NCBI GenBank assembly: GCA_008632985.1
Contig: QPGO01000149.1
Span: 1 to 64,000 of the forward strand
Direction of reading: 5' to 3'
Length of the DNA stretch: 64,000 nt
From: Psammoneis japonica
Lineage: Eukaryota
Both the position numbers and the translations under genes were made by a program. The stretch's first letter is position 1. Each line of letters begins with the position of its first letter. Below, in pieces: positions 36,982 through 48,300 of this stretch. Below the pieces are notes generated by a model that saw nothing but the letters and a program-made list of their open reading frames with translations, ran no database searches and was not told the origin of the DNA.

Positions 36982-37322
36982 TGCTTTGCGGTATTTTTTG
37001 ACGGAGTTATTTCTGCGGACTGATGTTATTTTTATATTCGTGTATGTACACTTCACTGCGGATTCCGGCTCGCCAAGCCAGCGTCTGCACATCAACCTTT
37101 TTAAGGAATTCGGAATCCACGTAATGTCTCATTCAAAAAGATTTTGCGTTCGCGTGCGGATCTTTGTCCGCATCCAAATTCAACTCGTACGCAATCCTAT
37201 TGGTTACACGTAGAATCCTACGCACGCGTCAGTGTTCCTCAAAACTGACGGTTGGTGCACGTTCCCAACGACGTGAACACGGTGTTGAATCTTGACCAAC
37301 GGCAAAACTAATTGGTGTGACC

Positions 37323-38021
37323 ATGAAGCTCAACCTTGTGCTCCCGCTCTTTTTGGTCGCTTCGGCGTCGGCCTTTGCGCCATCCTCACAAGCATTTGTC
37401 CGGCAATCTGCTCTGCGCATGTCAGATGAACCTCCGACGGAGGCTCCTCCGGCTCCTGCACCAGCAGCACCACCCAAGTCGGAGACAGCCATTGTCCCCG
37501 TCAAGGAAGAGACTGTCGAGTTTACCGCTGGGATTTTGGGTGGTGTTGCCGGCTTTGCTCTTGGTGGACCCGTCTTGGGTGCAATTGGAGCTGCCGCTGC
37601 TAACTACGTCTCCAAGAATGAGGGCGAAGTCTCCGAAGTCGTCTCTACCGTCTCCAAGACCTCGATCGAGCTTTACAATTACCTTGCCAAACTCGATAAC
37701 AAGTACGAGCTACTCACCAAGGCAAAAGGTTCGCTTGAAGATGCTATTGATAAGCTCAAGTCGAAAGGAAATGTTGATCCCGAATCTATTGAAAAGGTAG
37801 AGAAAGCTCTGGCTACTACCAAATCCAAGATTACAGAAATCAATGACGAGTATGATTTGGTTGGTGCCGGTGTTACCGCCCTGGGGGTCGTTGGTGACCT
37901 TGTCGAGAAGGCCGTTGTGAAGGCTGGTGAACTCAACGAAGAATACAAGCTCACCGATAAGGCAAAGGATGCCTTGAAGACTGCTGTTGAGAAAGCAAAG
38001 GATGCCAAGGCGAGCATGTAA
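37323..38021 (+). CDS. Plastid-targeted helical protein of unknown function
   Basis: Signal peptide ending ASASAF|AP (the ASAFAP motif), a transit peptide, a Gly-zipper hydrophobic segment and amphipathic helices. Confidence 0.85.
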   Translation: MKLNLVLPLFLVASASAFAPSSQAFVRQSALRMSDEPPTEAPPAPAPAAPPKSETAIVPVKEETVEFTAGILGGVAGFALGGPVLGAIGAAAANYVSKNEGEVSEVVSTVSKTSIELYNYLAKLDNKYELLTKAKGSLEDAIDKLKSKGNVDPESIEKVEKALATTKSKITEINDEYDLVGAGVTALGVVGDLVEKAVVKAGELNEEYKLTDKAKDALKTAVEKAKDAKASM

Positions 38022-38599
38022 GCTAACAATAACTTGAAGCGCCTCACAACTCTCTAGAGAATTTTAACATACTAATAAATACGGCAGGGTTTTGAATTAA
38101 CGATGCATTTCTAATTGCTGATGAATGGGTCACCGTAGAAGTTTTGTCCGTGATACCTTCGTCTACACGGTACGGTCTACGGTCTAAGTGACCATGAAAT
38201 GATATAGCTCTAGTTGAATGTTTCATTGCCACCACCTAGTGAATCTGTTTGCCAAATGCATAACAACCTCGAGTCAATCCCAACCTTGTGATCCCAGAAA
38301 CCAGGACAAATAATACCGGTAATAGTGACCACTGGATGGAACGATGCCTGCCTGATGCGTGAGCAATGGCGCAATGCAACATTGGCGCGAGGGGCGCAAA
38401 AAGATCGGATATCTTTTCACAATCAACTTTTCGTCACGTGAAGTGCGCATCTGCTTTCTATATTCTTTGTAGAATTGTACTAGATTTTTGCGAGCTACGT
38501 AAATCACTAACAATCCAATGTTCTTGCATGTTCCGACCCACAAAGATGCTCTCACATCACAATTCTCATTCACTACTCTAGTTCATTCGAAGGGTGTTT

Positions 38600-39847
38600 A
38601 TGCGTTGCATTCTTTCAACCTCTCGCCGAAGAGTACACTTACAGGCTTATATAGTTGCTCTTGTTAGTTTCAGAAGTGCTACTGGTCTCGCAGCAACTGG
38701 CTTTGAACCCAACAACATCAACAACAACATCATGCCGGAAGAAACCGCTCCCACAACCATGATTGCTGCTCAGGGCAAAGACTATGGCGATATTGATGAA
38801 ATGATTTCCGTCAACAGCGGGGTTCGCATTCCCTCTCTCCAAGACTTGCCGGAGAAAAAGCGCAAAGACTGGTTGCTAATCAAGACACTGGCAGTAGCCT
38901 TGGCCCCCGGTGACTGCCGCGTCTTGTCTGGAAAGACAAGTCCAATCCAAGGTCCACCGTCCTTTCCCTATGTTCCGGGTGGCGATTGTTGTGGTATTGT
39001 ACAACAAGTCCCAGAGGGTCATGAATACTTCAAAGTTGGTGACCGAGTTGCTGCACGATTTAATATTGAAGGACCGAGAGGTGCCCTCGGTCAGTATGCA
39101 CTAGTTCATCAAGGCGTTTGTGACAAGGTGCCAGAGGCGATTTCTAATGACGAAGCGGCAGCACTTGTTGGAGCCTCTCCAGCCATGCTCCTGGCAAATC
39201 GAATCAAGGAGGGAGAACGAGTTCTAGTGTTGGGTGCTGGAGGAGGTGTAGGTAGCCATGTGTGTCAACTTATGCGTACCACACAGAATGCATCCCACAT
39301 TGTCGGTGTTTCCAAAGACCCAGAGCGCCTTCTACGTGACCCAATCAAGTGTGACAAGGCGATTGACTACACTCAAGAGGATCCATGGAACATGAAGGAA
39401 TACAAGGACAAGCCTTTTGATGTAGTGATTGACTTGGTGGGTGGTTCCTGGCTCCGAATCATTAAAGAGTCCAAAGAAAAGGGACCCATGATTGTCAAGA
39501 CTGCATCACAAGGAGGTCGGTTTCTTACCTTGGCACCAGATAATCCTCTTTTTGAGTGCCATTCCATGTGGCAAGCAGCAAAGATATTCATGTTTACGTC
39601 ACTATGGAGAGCCATCAAGTCGAGGACGTTCTGGAGAAGAAGCCTACCCAAGTACACTTTTGCAATGAGCCTGGATGATGGAAGGGACGTTGCAACGAAG
39701 ACCTTGAAGCTTGCAGCGGATGGAAAGCTAAAGGCCTGCATCGATAAAGTGTTTGCCTTGACTACGGAAGGTGTTCGTGCAGCATTTCGCAAACAAGAGT
39801 CTCGTCATACCCGTGGCAAAGTTGTGGTACACATTGCAGATGAGTAG
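38600..39847 (+). CDS. MDR-superfamily NAD(P)H quinone oxidoreductase (RTN4IP1/ceQORH-like)
   Basis: FPYVPGGDCCGIV, FKVGDRV, VLVLGAGGGVG, IDYT, FDVVIDLVG and HTRGKVVV. The start could alternatively be the ATG of MPEETAP. Confidence 0.85.
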   Translation: MRCILSTSRRRVHLQAYIVALVSFRSATGLAATGFEPNNINNNIMPEETAPTTMIAAQGKDYGDIDEMISVNSGVRIPSLQDLPEKKRKDWLLIKTLAVALAPGDCRVLSGKTSPIQGPPSFPYVPGGDCCGIVQQVPEGHEYFKVGDRVAARFNIEGPRGALGQYALVHQGVCDKVPEAISNDEAAALVGASPAMLLANRIKEGERVLVLGAGGGVGSHVCQLMRTTQNASHIVGVSKDPERLLRDPIKCDKAIDYTQEDPWNMKEYKDKPFDVVIDLVGGSWLRIIKESKEKGPMIVKTASQGGRFLTLAPDNPLFECHSMWQAAKIFMFTSLWRAIKSRTFWRRSLPKYTFAMSLDDGRDVATKTLKLAADGKLKACIDKVFALTTEGVRAAFRKQESRHTRGKVVVHIADE

Positions 39848-39908
39848 AGTTATTGCGCGTTCGGGCCAGCCACACAGTCGTTTAATGAAACATAATTTAC
39901 ATAGCGAT

Positions 39909-41842
39909 TCATTGAAATGAATCGACAATCTCTTCGTCGACTACGCTTTCTTCCGTCTCGGTCTTGAAAGCGACCGGGACTTCTTCTGTTACCTTGGATG
40001 CTTTGATCATTTCCCAGGCTTCATTTTTCGCCGCCACGTCGCCAACATTCGCCGTGTACTCTTCGTACTCGTACCCAAACGGTTCTCCCAGGAGAGGAGT
40101 GACGGACTGCGGTAGCGTTCCTTTGCCAGTGACACTGTAGCTTACAATATTCAAAAACATATCAAACGCCACTGGAAACGGAATTCTCACAATGAAATTG
40201 AGTCCAAACCACATTCGCGCATACCACGTTTCGTGTTTGTCATTGTTGGGAAGACCGGGCCATCCCGCCAAGAATCCACCCCACAATTCCAATGGCAGTC
40301 GAAAGAATCCATCAAAGAATCCACGCAGTCCCTCGACATTTTGTTTCATGAGAAATTCTCCTCCAAACACGGCAAAGTTACGCTGACGGATATTGTCGGG
40401 AGACCAAATGGCGTGGTATGCGTTTGCTGCCGCGCGGTCCAAGTTGGGTTCCGACTTTTGCAATTCGGATTGAATGGCCTTGGCCATGTCGGTGGCACCC
40501 ATCATGACGCGACACAAGTGATAACCCGTGCTGGGATGAACCATGGCGGCGGCTCCACCCAAACCCACGACACGCTGGTTCTTGAGTGGGAGTGGACCGC
40601 CCATGGGAATGTAACAAAATCTAGAACAAGAGAGACACGAGTGAGAATACGAAACGGCATTGAAACATCACATCGATGCAAAGAAAGGAACCAAGCAAAA
40701 ACTCACTCTTCCTCTTCAATATCTGTAACTTTAATACCCAAATGTTCCAAACGACGAAAGCATCGGTCCTTGCATTCTTGAAAACTAATCGCTGGACGCG
40801 CCACGAGGGAGGTTTCTTCGAAAAAAATCGTATTGTCCTTGAGTGGCATGGCATACATAAAGGTGGGAGCCGCCGTAGCTTTTTGCAACCACGTTTCGTC
40901 GGAATCAAAATGATCCGTTCGATAGTCAAACAATGTCATGGCTTCCTTGTCGTAGGGACCAATGCGATCCGCCGACAAGGACGATGATTCATCGACATTG
41001 ACCAAGGCACCGTAGGCAATCTGAAAACCAGGAGGATCATTGGGATAGGATTTGGTGTCCTTGAGGACAAGACCCGTTTCGTGGCCGGTGCAGTCCACCA
41101 CGAGCTTGGCACGAACCATCGTGGGTGTTCCATCCTTGGCCTCGAGTCGAATGGTGGTTCCCTCTTCGTCGTGTACCAGCGACCCGGCGGGAGAATACAC
41201 GTTTGTGCTTGTGGCGGTGGAAATGTGATTGGATTCCAATACACGGTACGAGGTCGAGAGCGATTCTCTCAATGCATACTTGTCGACACGACAATAGGGA
41301 CGATCGAGACGTTTTCGTTCTTGTACTGGAATATCAAAAGATCCACCAAAGAAACAATCTGTAACTTGCCATTCTCGATCAATGCATTGTCCGTTCTTGC
41401 CATTCTCCAACTCGACTCCCTGTTGCTTGTACGCTTGTACAATGGCATCCCATTCATCTCTCCAAACACCATAATTGGGAGCCCATTCCCGATCATAATT
41501 GGCATCCGCCAATAAAACATTGAGTTGATTATTGGAATCCAACAAGGATGCAATCGCTCGTGCTGCAGGACCACTCCCGAGAACGAGTACATCACAAACC
41601 TCATCATAATTTTCATTGGATGATGAAGCAAACAATGTTGTGGCGGAGGCATGGCGTTTTTGCTGTAAATGATTCAAACCAAAAGTATTCTTCTGTGATA
41701 ACGAATCTCCTGGCCTAGCATGATGATGTGTCACTCGACTGGATGAGGTTGTAATCGTCCTGGAAGAACGATGTAAGCCAGGCGAGACCAGAGCCGAAAC
41801 CGATCCTGCCGCCAACAGCAAGAACGTCCAAGACGACTTCAT
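39909..41842 (-). CDS. LCYB: Lycopene beta-cyclase, plastid-targeted
   Basis: DVLVLGSGPA, PNYGVWRDE, FQIAYG, LFDYR, PTFMYAMP, FFEETSLVARP and AAMVHPSTGY. The intron at 40621-40706 gives EEEE-FCYIPMGGPLP. Confidence 0.93.
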
Positions 41843-41926
41843 TTTTTCGCGTATTTTGAAAAATAAAGTTCAATGGAAGCGATGAGACTCGTTATCTAGT
41901 GTCAAGGAACATTCAGGAACGCCGTT

Positions 41927-42128
41927 TGACGTGTGTAACGTGACACTCAGGAGGATAGAGGAGCAAAAAGCAGTCGATGTTTTCGATTGCGATTTGTCTT
42001 CAACCAAAAAAAATGAGGGCGAGAAACACCAACGTCATAGAATCGGTAATGAGCCATGTTCGAAAGCGTCATAATGAGAAAGTCATGACGCAGACATTGG
42101 ACACGTAAGTGGGACAAGATGACGTCAT
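41927..42128. promoter_or_regulatory. Cluster of TGACGT (bZIP/aureochrome-type) motifs in a divergent promoter
   Basis: TGACGT at 41927, ACGTCA at 42032 and palindromic ATGACGTCAT at 42119, all between LCYB and the giant repeat gene. Confidence 0.4.
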
Positions 42129-42305
42129 AAACGTTATTTATTTAACGCAATGCGAAGCCAACGCACGTCGTTGATTTGATCGTTTGTTCGTTGCCTTTTT
42201 GTTTTCCCCGCCCAACAAGCTGCCGCAACGTTCCGCTTGACAGCAGAGCGAAAGCAAAAAGATCAAGGTGGTGTCAACCATCATCAATGAATAAATAGCA
42301 ACACC

Positions 42306-45300
42306 ATGGGTCGATGGTCGTATGCACTCCCCACCTTCTTGGCTCTAGCCTCATCACAATCCTCAGAGGCCTTTGTTCCGACGGGATGGTCTAGAAAAAT
42401 TCGTTTCCAAAGCAGCGCTCAAGATCATGCTGCCATGATGCACGCCTCACCTGAAGAATTTTATGATCAAGACGAACATTTGCATTTTATACCACCCGAT
42501 CGACAAGAACCAGAGCCATTTCCTGAACCAGATTATCGTATGGAAGAGTATGGAGTTGGGACGGATGAGATGCACGCCATGCCCACGTCCGATACATTAA
42601 TGCCCGACTATGTCGAGGGAAATCGCGCAGCGGAACAACGTCGAGGTCGTCAAATCGCTGAGGAATACCATGAAACACGTTCACGATCCAATTCTCGTTC
42701 TTCTTTAGCACCCGATTATCCGGATCGAGCTCCTCCGATTCCTTACAATGAACGGGGTCGGACACCATCACCTCGATCACGTTCCTCTTCTCCGGCGTCA
42801 CTGACACCGGATTATCCCGATTATCAGAGATTGGGTGGTACAGGCAATTCCGTCATGCCATCGTCGTCATCACGTCATTCCATGCCTGCATCTCTATCCA
42901 TTTCTCCCGATTATGTCGATCGTCAAATGGGTGCACCCGTCAATGAAGTTACCGTGGCACGTGATGTTTTGTTGGAAGCGGGTTTTGAACCACACGAAAT
43001 TTCATCTATATTGGATTTGTTTACACACAAAATGACAACCAATGCCGCATTTTGTCGCAAGAGTTTTGAAGAACGTGTGGCGGCAGCTGCGGCGGGTGCA
43101 CTTTGTTCCGATATTCGTAGTAGTCCTCGTGAGGGTGCCAAGGCCATGATGGATGCCATGTATCGACAACAAGAGCAAGAAGAAGCTAGTACTCCGAGTC
43201 TGTCGCCGCCGAGGAGTAGTCGAAATTCAATGGATCGATCGAGGAATGATTATTCTACTGCTCGTGGCATGGATAATAATGGCTACTCAGATCAATCGGA
43301 TACCTTTAGTAGAGACAGAAGCAGATCACGAGAAAGACCCATCATGAATGACTATTCCGACAGTGAACGAGACGGATTTCACGAACGAGAACGAATGATG
43401 CGCACCAACCAAAGAGAGGGATACTCTTATCGGTCGGATGGTTATCGCGACGAACGGAGTAGTAGATCACGAGATGGTCGTTCCATGGATGAATTGCAAG
43501 ACTATTCCGACCGTTCGTTTGGTGGAGAACGGGGCAGATCACGCGAACGAAGCATGCCCCAGGAGAGGGCTAGATCAACGTCTCGTTCCCAATCACGCGG
43601 CAGAGCGCCCGACGATGATATGGAACACTTTCGAGATCGAACCTTTGGCAGTGACGACAAGACTAGACGACAACAACAACAAGACAAGCCTCGATCCAGA
43701 CCAAAAGATTTGTCGGAATCGTTTGACGATGATACCGAGAGCTTTCGAGATCGTATCTATGACAAATCCAGACAATCGTCGCGCATGATTTCGAGACAAA
43801 ACAGTGGATCAGATGATTCTTCTCTTGGAAACCGTAATAACAAGCTGTCCGATGATGGTCCATCGTCTTTTGGTAGAGACGACAGACCGCCTTCTCGTAG
43901 GCATCAGAAATCGTTGGACCAGTCCATTTCCGAGGAAGGTACGGAACGATTTCGAGAACAGCCGTCTGCGTTTAGTAACAGCTCCTCCTCCAGACCGTCG
44001 TCTCGTGCGAGAGACCGCTCTGGTTCCTTTGGTGACAATTCTCAGCGTGACCAGAGATCGATTCCTTTGGCAACAAGCCTGCCGCTTTTGGCGGCGGCAG
44101 CGGCGATAAACCAGGGGCTTCGCAGTCGCGTTCACAATTTGGAAACAAGGCTCCTGGCGGTCGACCGGGTTCGCCATCGAATGGGCTTGCCGACAAACTT
44201 GAAAGATTTGGAAAGAGTTCGTCGGACGACCCAGCAATTGACAATGCCATGGCAAAAGGAAGGAGCCTAAGCAACAAGGCAAACAATCTCGCAAATAGAA
44301 ATGCTCTTGGTGGAATGAACAAACGACCCATGGGCAGTGGAATTCAAAAGCAGCCGGGTTCTACAGGTATTGGCAACAATGCTTTCAAATCTTCTTCGTC
44401 GCCTCCGGGCATGGCAAAGAAGCCGAACGCGTTTGGTTCATCACCAGGAGCAACCAAGCCGGGTATGGGGACGTCGAAACCTTCTCCGTTTGGACAGAAG
44501 AAAAATCCGGATGGTCCAATGAGTACAATGAATAAGAGACCTACTTCTCCAATGGGTGGACTACAAAAGCCTGGTTCTGCACCTGGAACAGGCATAGGAG
44601 CCTCCAAGCCGGGCATCGGTGCGGCGAAACCATCCCCGTTTGGTCAGAAGAAAAGCCCAGATAGTCCAATGGGTACAATTAATAAGAGACCTACTTCCCC
44701 AATGGGTGGACTTCAAAAGCCGGGCTCTGCGACCGGAACAGGCATGGGAGCAACCAAGCCGGGCATCGGTGCGGGGAAACCATCCCCGTTTGGTCAGAAG
44801 AAACCCACAGATAGTCCAATGAGTACAATGAACAAGCGGCCTACTTCTCCAATGGGTGGACTTCAAAAGCCGGGCTCTACGACGGCAACAGGAATGGGAG
44901 CAACCAAACCGGGCATCGGTGCGGCGAAACCATCTCCGTTTGGTCAGAAGAAAGCCACAGGTAGTCCAATGAGTACAATGAACAAACGGCCTACTTCTCC
45001 AATGGGTGGACTTCAAAAGCCTGGCTCTGCGACTGCGACAGGCATGGGAGCCTCCAAATCTGGTATCGGAGCGTCGAAACCATCCCCATTTGTCCAAAAG
45101 CCAAGCACAGATGGTCCAATGAGTACAATGAACAAGCGGCCTTCTTCTCCAATGGGTGGGCTTCAAAAGCCTGGCTCTTCGACTGCAACAGGAATGGGAG
45201 CCTCTAAACCTGGTATCGGAGCTTCGAAGCCGTCACCGTTTGGCAAAAAGCCAGGCACAGATAGTCCAATGAGTACAATGAACAAGGGGCCTACTTCTCC

Positions 45301-48300
45301 AATGGGTGGACTTCAAAAGCCTGGATCTACGACAGGAACAGGCATGGGAGCCTCCAAACCTGGTATCGGAGCGTCGAAACCGTCCCCGTTTGGCAAAAAG
45401 CCAGGCACAGATAGTCCAATGAGTACCATGAACAAACGGCCTACTTCTCCAATGGGTGGACTTCAAAAGCCTGGCTCTGCGACTGCAACAGGCATGGGAG
45501 CCTCCAAGCCTGGTATCGGAGCGTCGAAACCATCCCCGTTTGGCCAGAAGACAAGCACAGACGGTCCAATGAGTACAATGGACAAGCGGCCTACTTCTCC
45601 AATGGGTGGACTTCAAAAGCCAGGTTCTGCGACTGCAACAGGCATGGGAGCCTCCAAGCCTGGTATCGGAGCGTCGAAATCGTCCCCGTTTGGCCAGAAG
45701 AAAAGCACAGATAGTCCGATGAGTACAATGAATAAGAGACCTACATCTCCCATGGGTGGACTTCAGAAGCCTGGCTCTACAACTGCAACAGGCATGGGAG
45801 CCTCTAAACCTGGTATCGGAGCGTCGAAACCATCCCCGTTCGGCGGCGGTGGCTCTACTAGTGCTACTGCACCATCGCGTCCGTCTTCCCCGTTTGGTGG
45901 TGGCACGACGAGCACTGCACCATCAAAACCGTCGTCTCCCTTCGGTGCAGGTAGCTCGGCGTCTGGACTTGGCGGTGGTGGTTTCGGTCCCGGTGCGTCG
46001 TCTACAACTTCAGACCCGGCGAAGAAGGCGATGGACATGGCAAAGAACAAGGCAAGCACGTTCAATCCTTCTCCAGGACTAGGAGACACCAAACCGGGTG
46101 TCGGATTGTCCTCGTCCTCCACCTCATCTTCCCCGTTCGACGGTGGTGGCTCTACTAGTGCATCACGCCCGTCTTCTCCCTTTGGCGGTGGCGCGGCGAG
46201 CACGTCCTCATCTTCCCCATTTGGTGGTGGCACGACGAGCACTGCACCATCAAAACCGTCGTCTCCCTTTGGTGCAGGTAGCTCTGCGTCTGGACTTGGC
46301 GGTGGTGGTTTCAGTCCCGGTGCGTCGTCTACAACTTCAGACCCGGCGAAGAAAGCTATGGATATGGCAAAGAGCAAGGCAAGCACGTTCAATCCTTCTC
46401 CAGGACTAGGAGACACCAAACCGGGTGTCGGATTGTCCTCGTCCTCCGCCTCTTCTTCCCCGTTCGGCGGTGGTGGCTCTACTAGTGCATCACGCCCGTC
46501 TTCTCCCTTTGGCGGTGGCGCGGCGAGCACGTCCTCATCTTCCCCGTTTGGTGGTGGCGCGGCGAGCAGTACACCATCAAAACCGTCGTCTCCTTTTGGT
46601 GCAGGTAGCTCGGCGTCTGGACTTGGCGGTGGTGGTTTTAGTCCCGGTGCGTCGTCTACAACTACAGATCCGGCGAAGAAAGCTATGGATATGGCAAAGA
46701 GCAAGGCAAGCACGTTCAATCCTTCTCCAGGACTAGGAGACACCAAATCGGGTGTCGGATTATCCACGTCCTCCACATCGTCTTCCCCGTTCGGCGGTGG
46801 TGGCTCTACTAGTGCTACTGCACCATCACGTCCGTCGTCTCCCTTTGGCGGTGGCGCGGCGAGCACGTCCTCGTCTTCTCCGTTTGGTGGTGGCACGACG
46901 AGTACCGCACCATCAAAACCGTCGTCTCCCTTTGGTGCAAGTAGCTCGGCGTCTGGACTTGGCGGTGGTGGTTTCAGTCCCGGTGCGTCGTCAACAACTA
47001 CAGATCCGGCGAAGAAAGCTATGGATAGGGCAAAGAGCAAGGCAAGCACGTTCAATCCTTCTCCAGGACTAGGAGACACCAAATCGGGTGTCGGATTATC
47101 CACGTCCTCCACATCGTCTTCCCCGTTCGGCGGTGGTTGCTCTACTAGTGCTACTGCACCATCACGTCCGTCGTCTCCCTTTGGCGGTGGCGCGGCGACC
47201 TCGTCCTCGTCTTCCCCGTTTGGTGGTGCCGCGACGAGCACTACACCATCAAAACCGTCGTCTCCCTTTGGTGCAAGTAGCTCGGCGTCTGGACTCGGCG
47301 GTGGTGGTTTCAGTCCCGGTGCGTCGTCTACAACTACAGATCCGGCGAAGAAAGCTATGGATATGGCAAAGAGCAAGGCAAGCACGTTCAATCCTTCTCC
47401 AGGACTAGGAGACACCAAACCGGGTGTCGGATTATCCACGTCCTCCACCTCGTCTTCCCCGTTCGTCGGTGGTGGCTCTACTAGTGCTACTGCACCATCA
47501 CGTCCGTCGTCTCCCTTTGGCGGTGGCGCGGCGACCTCGTCCTCGTCTTCCCCGTTTGGTGGTGGCACGACGAGCTCTACACCATCAAAACCGTCGTCTC
47601 CCTTTGGTGGGGGTAGCTCGGCATCTGGACTTGGCGGTGGTGGTTTTAGTCCTGGAGTGTCGTCTACAACAGACCCGGCAAAGAAAGCTATGGATATGGC
47701 AAAGGGCAAAGCAGCCTCGTTTAATCCATCGCCAGGTCTAGGAGACACGAAACCGGGCGCCGGACTTTCATCGTCCTCGTCTTTTGTCGGTGGTGGTGGG
47801 TCTACTAGCACTACTTCACCGTCGCGTCCGTCTTCTCCCTTCGGTGCTGGCACGGCGAACACGTCACCACCTTCTCCGTTTGGAGGTGGGGGCACGACGA
47901 GCTCTACACCAACAAGTTCGTCATCTCCTCTTGGTGGTGGTGGCGCTACAAGCACTGCTTCGCCATCTGGCCCGTCGTCTTTATTTAGCAGTGGTGGCTT
48001 CAGTCCTGGTGGTTCATCTTCTTCTACTGCCGACCCAGCAAAGAAAGCTATGGACGTGGCAAAAAACAAAGCAAGCACGTTCAATCCTTCCCCAGGACTG
48101 GGAGACACGAAACCGGGTGCCGGACTCTCATCGTCCTCGTCTTCTCCGTTCGGCAGCGGTGGCACGTCCGGCACTGCGCCATCAAATCCATCATCTCCCT
48201 TCGGTGGTGGTACGAGCCAGACGTCGGGATTAGGCGGCGGTGGCCCGTCCTCTGGTTTTGGTGGTGGCGGCTTCGGTCCTGGTGCTTCCTCATCTACTAG

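Noticed and set aside
44521..45840. Regular repeat array considered as a CRISPR
   Set aside because: The units are 150-bp in-frame coding repeats without unique spacers, there are no cas genes and the context is eukaryotic.
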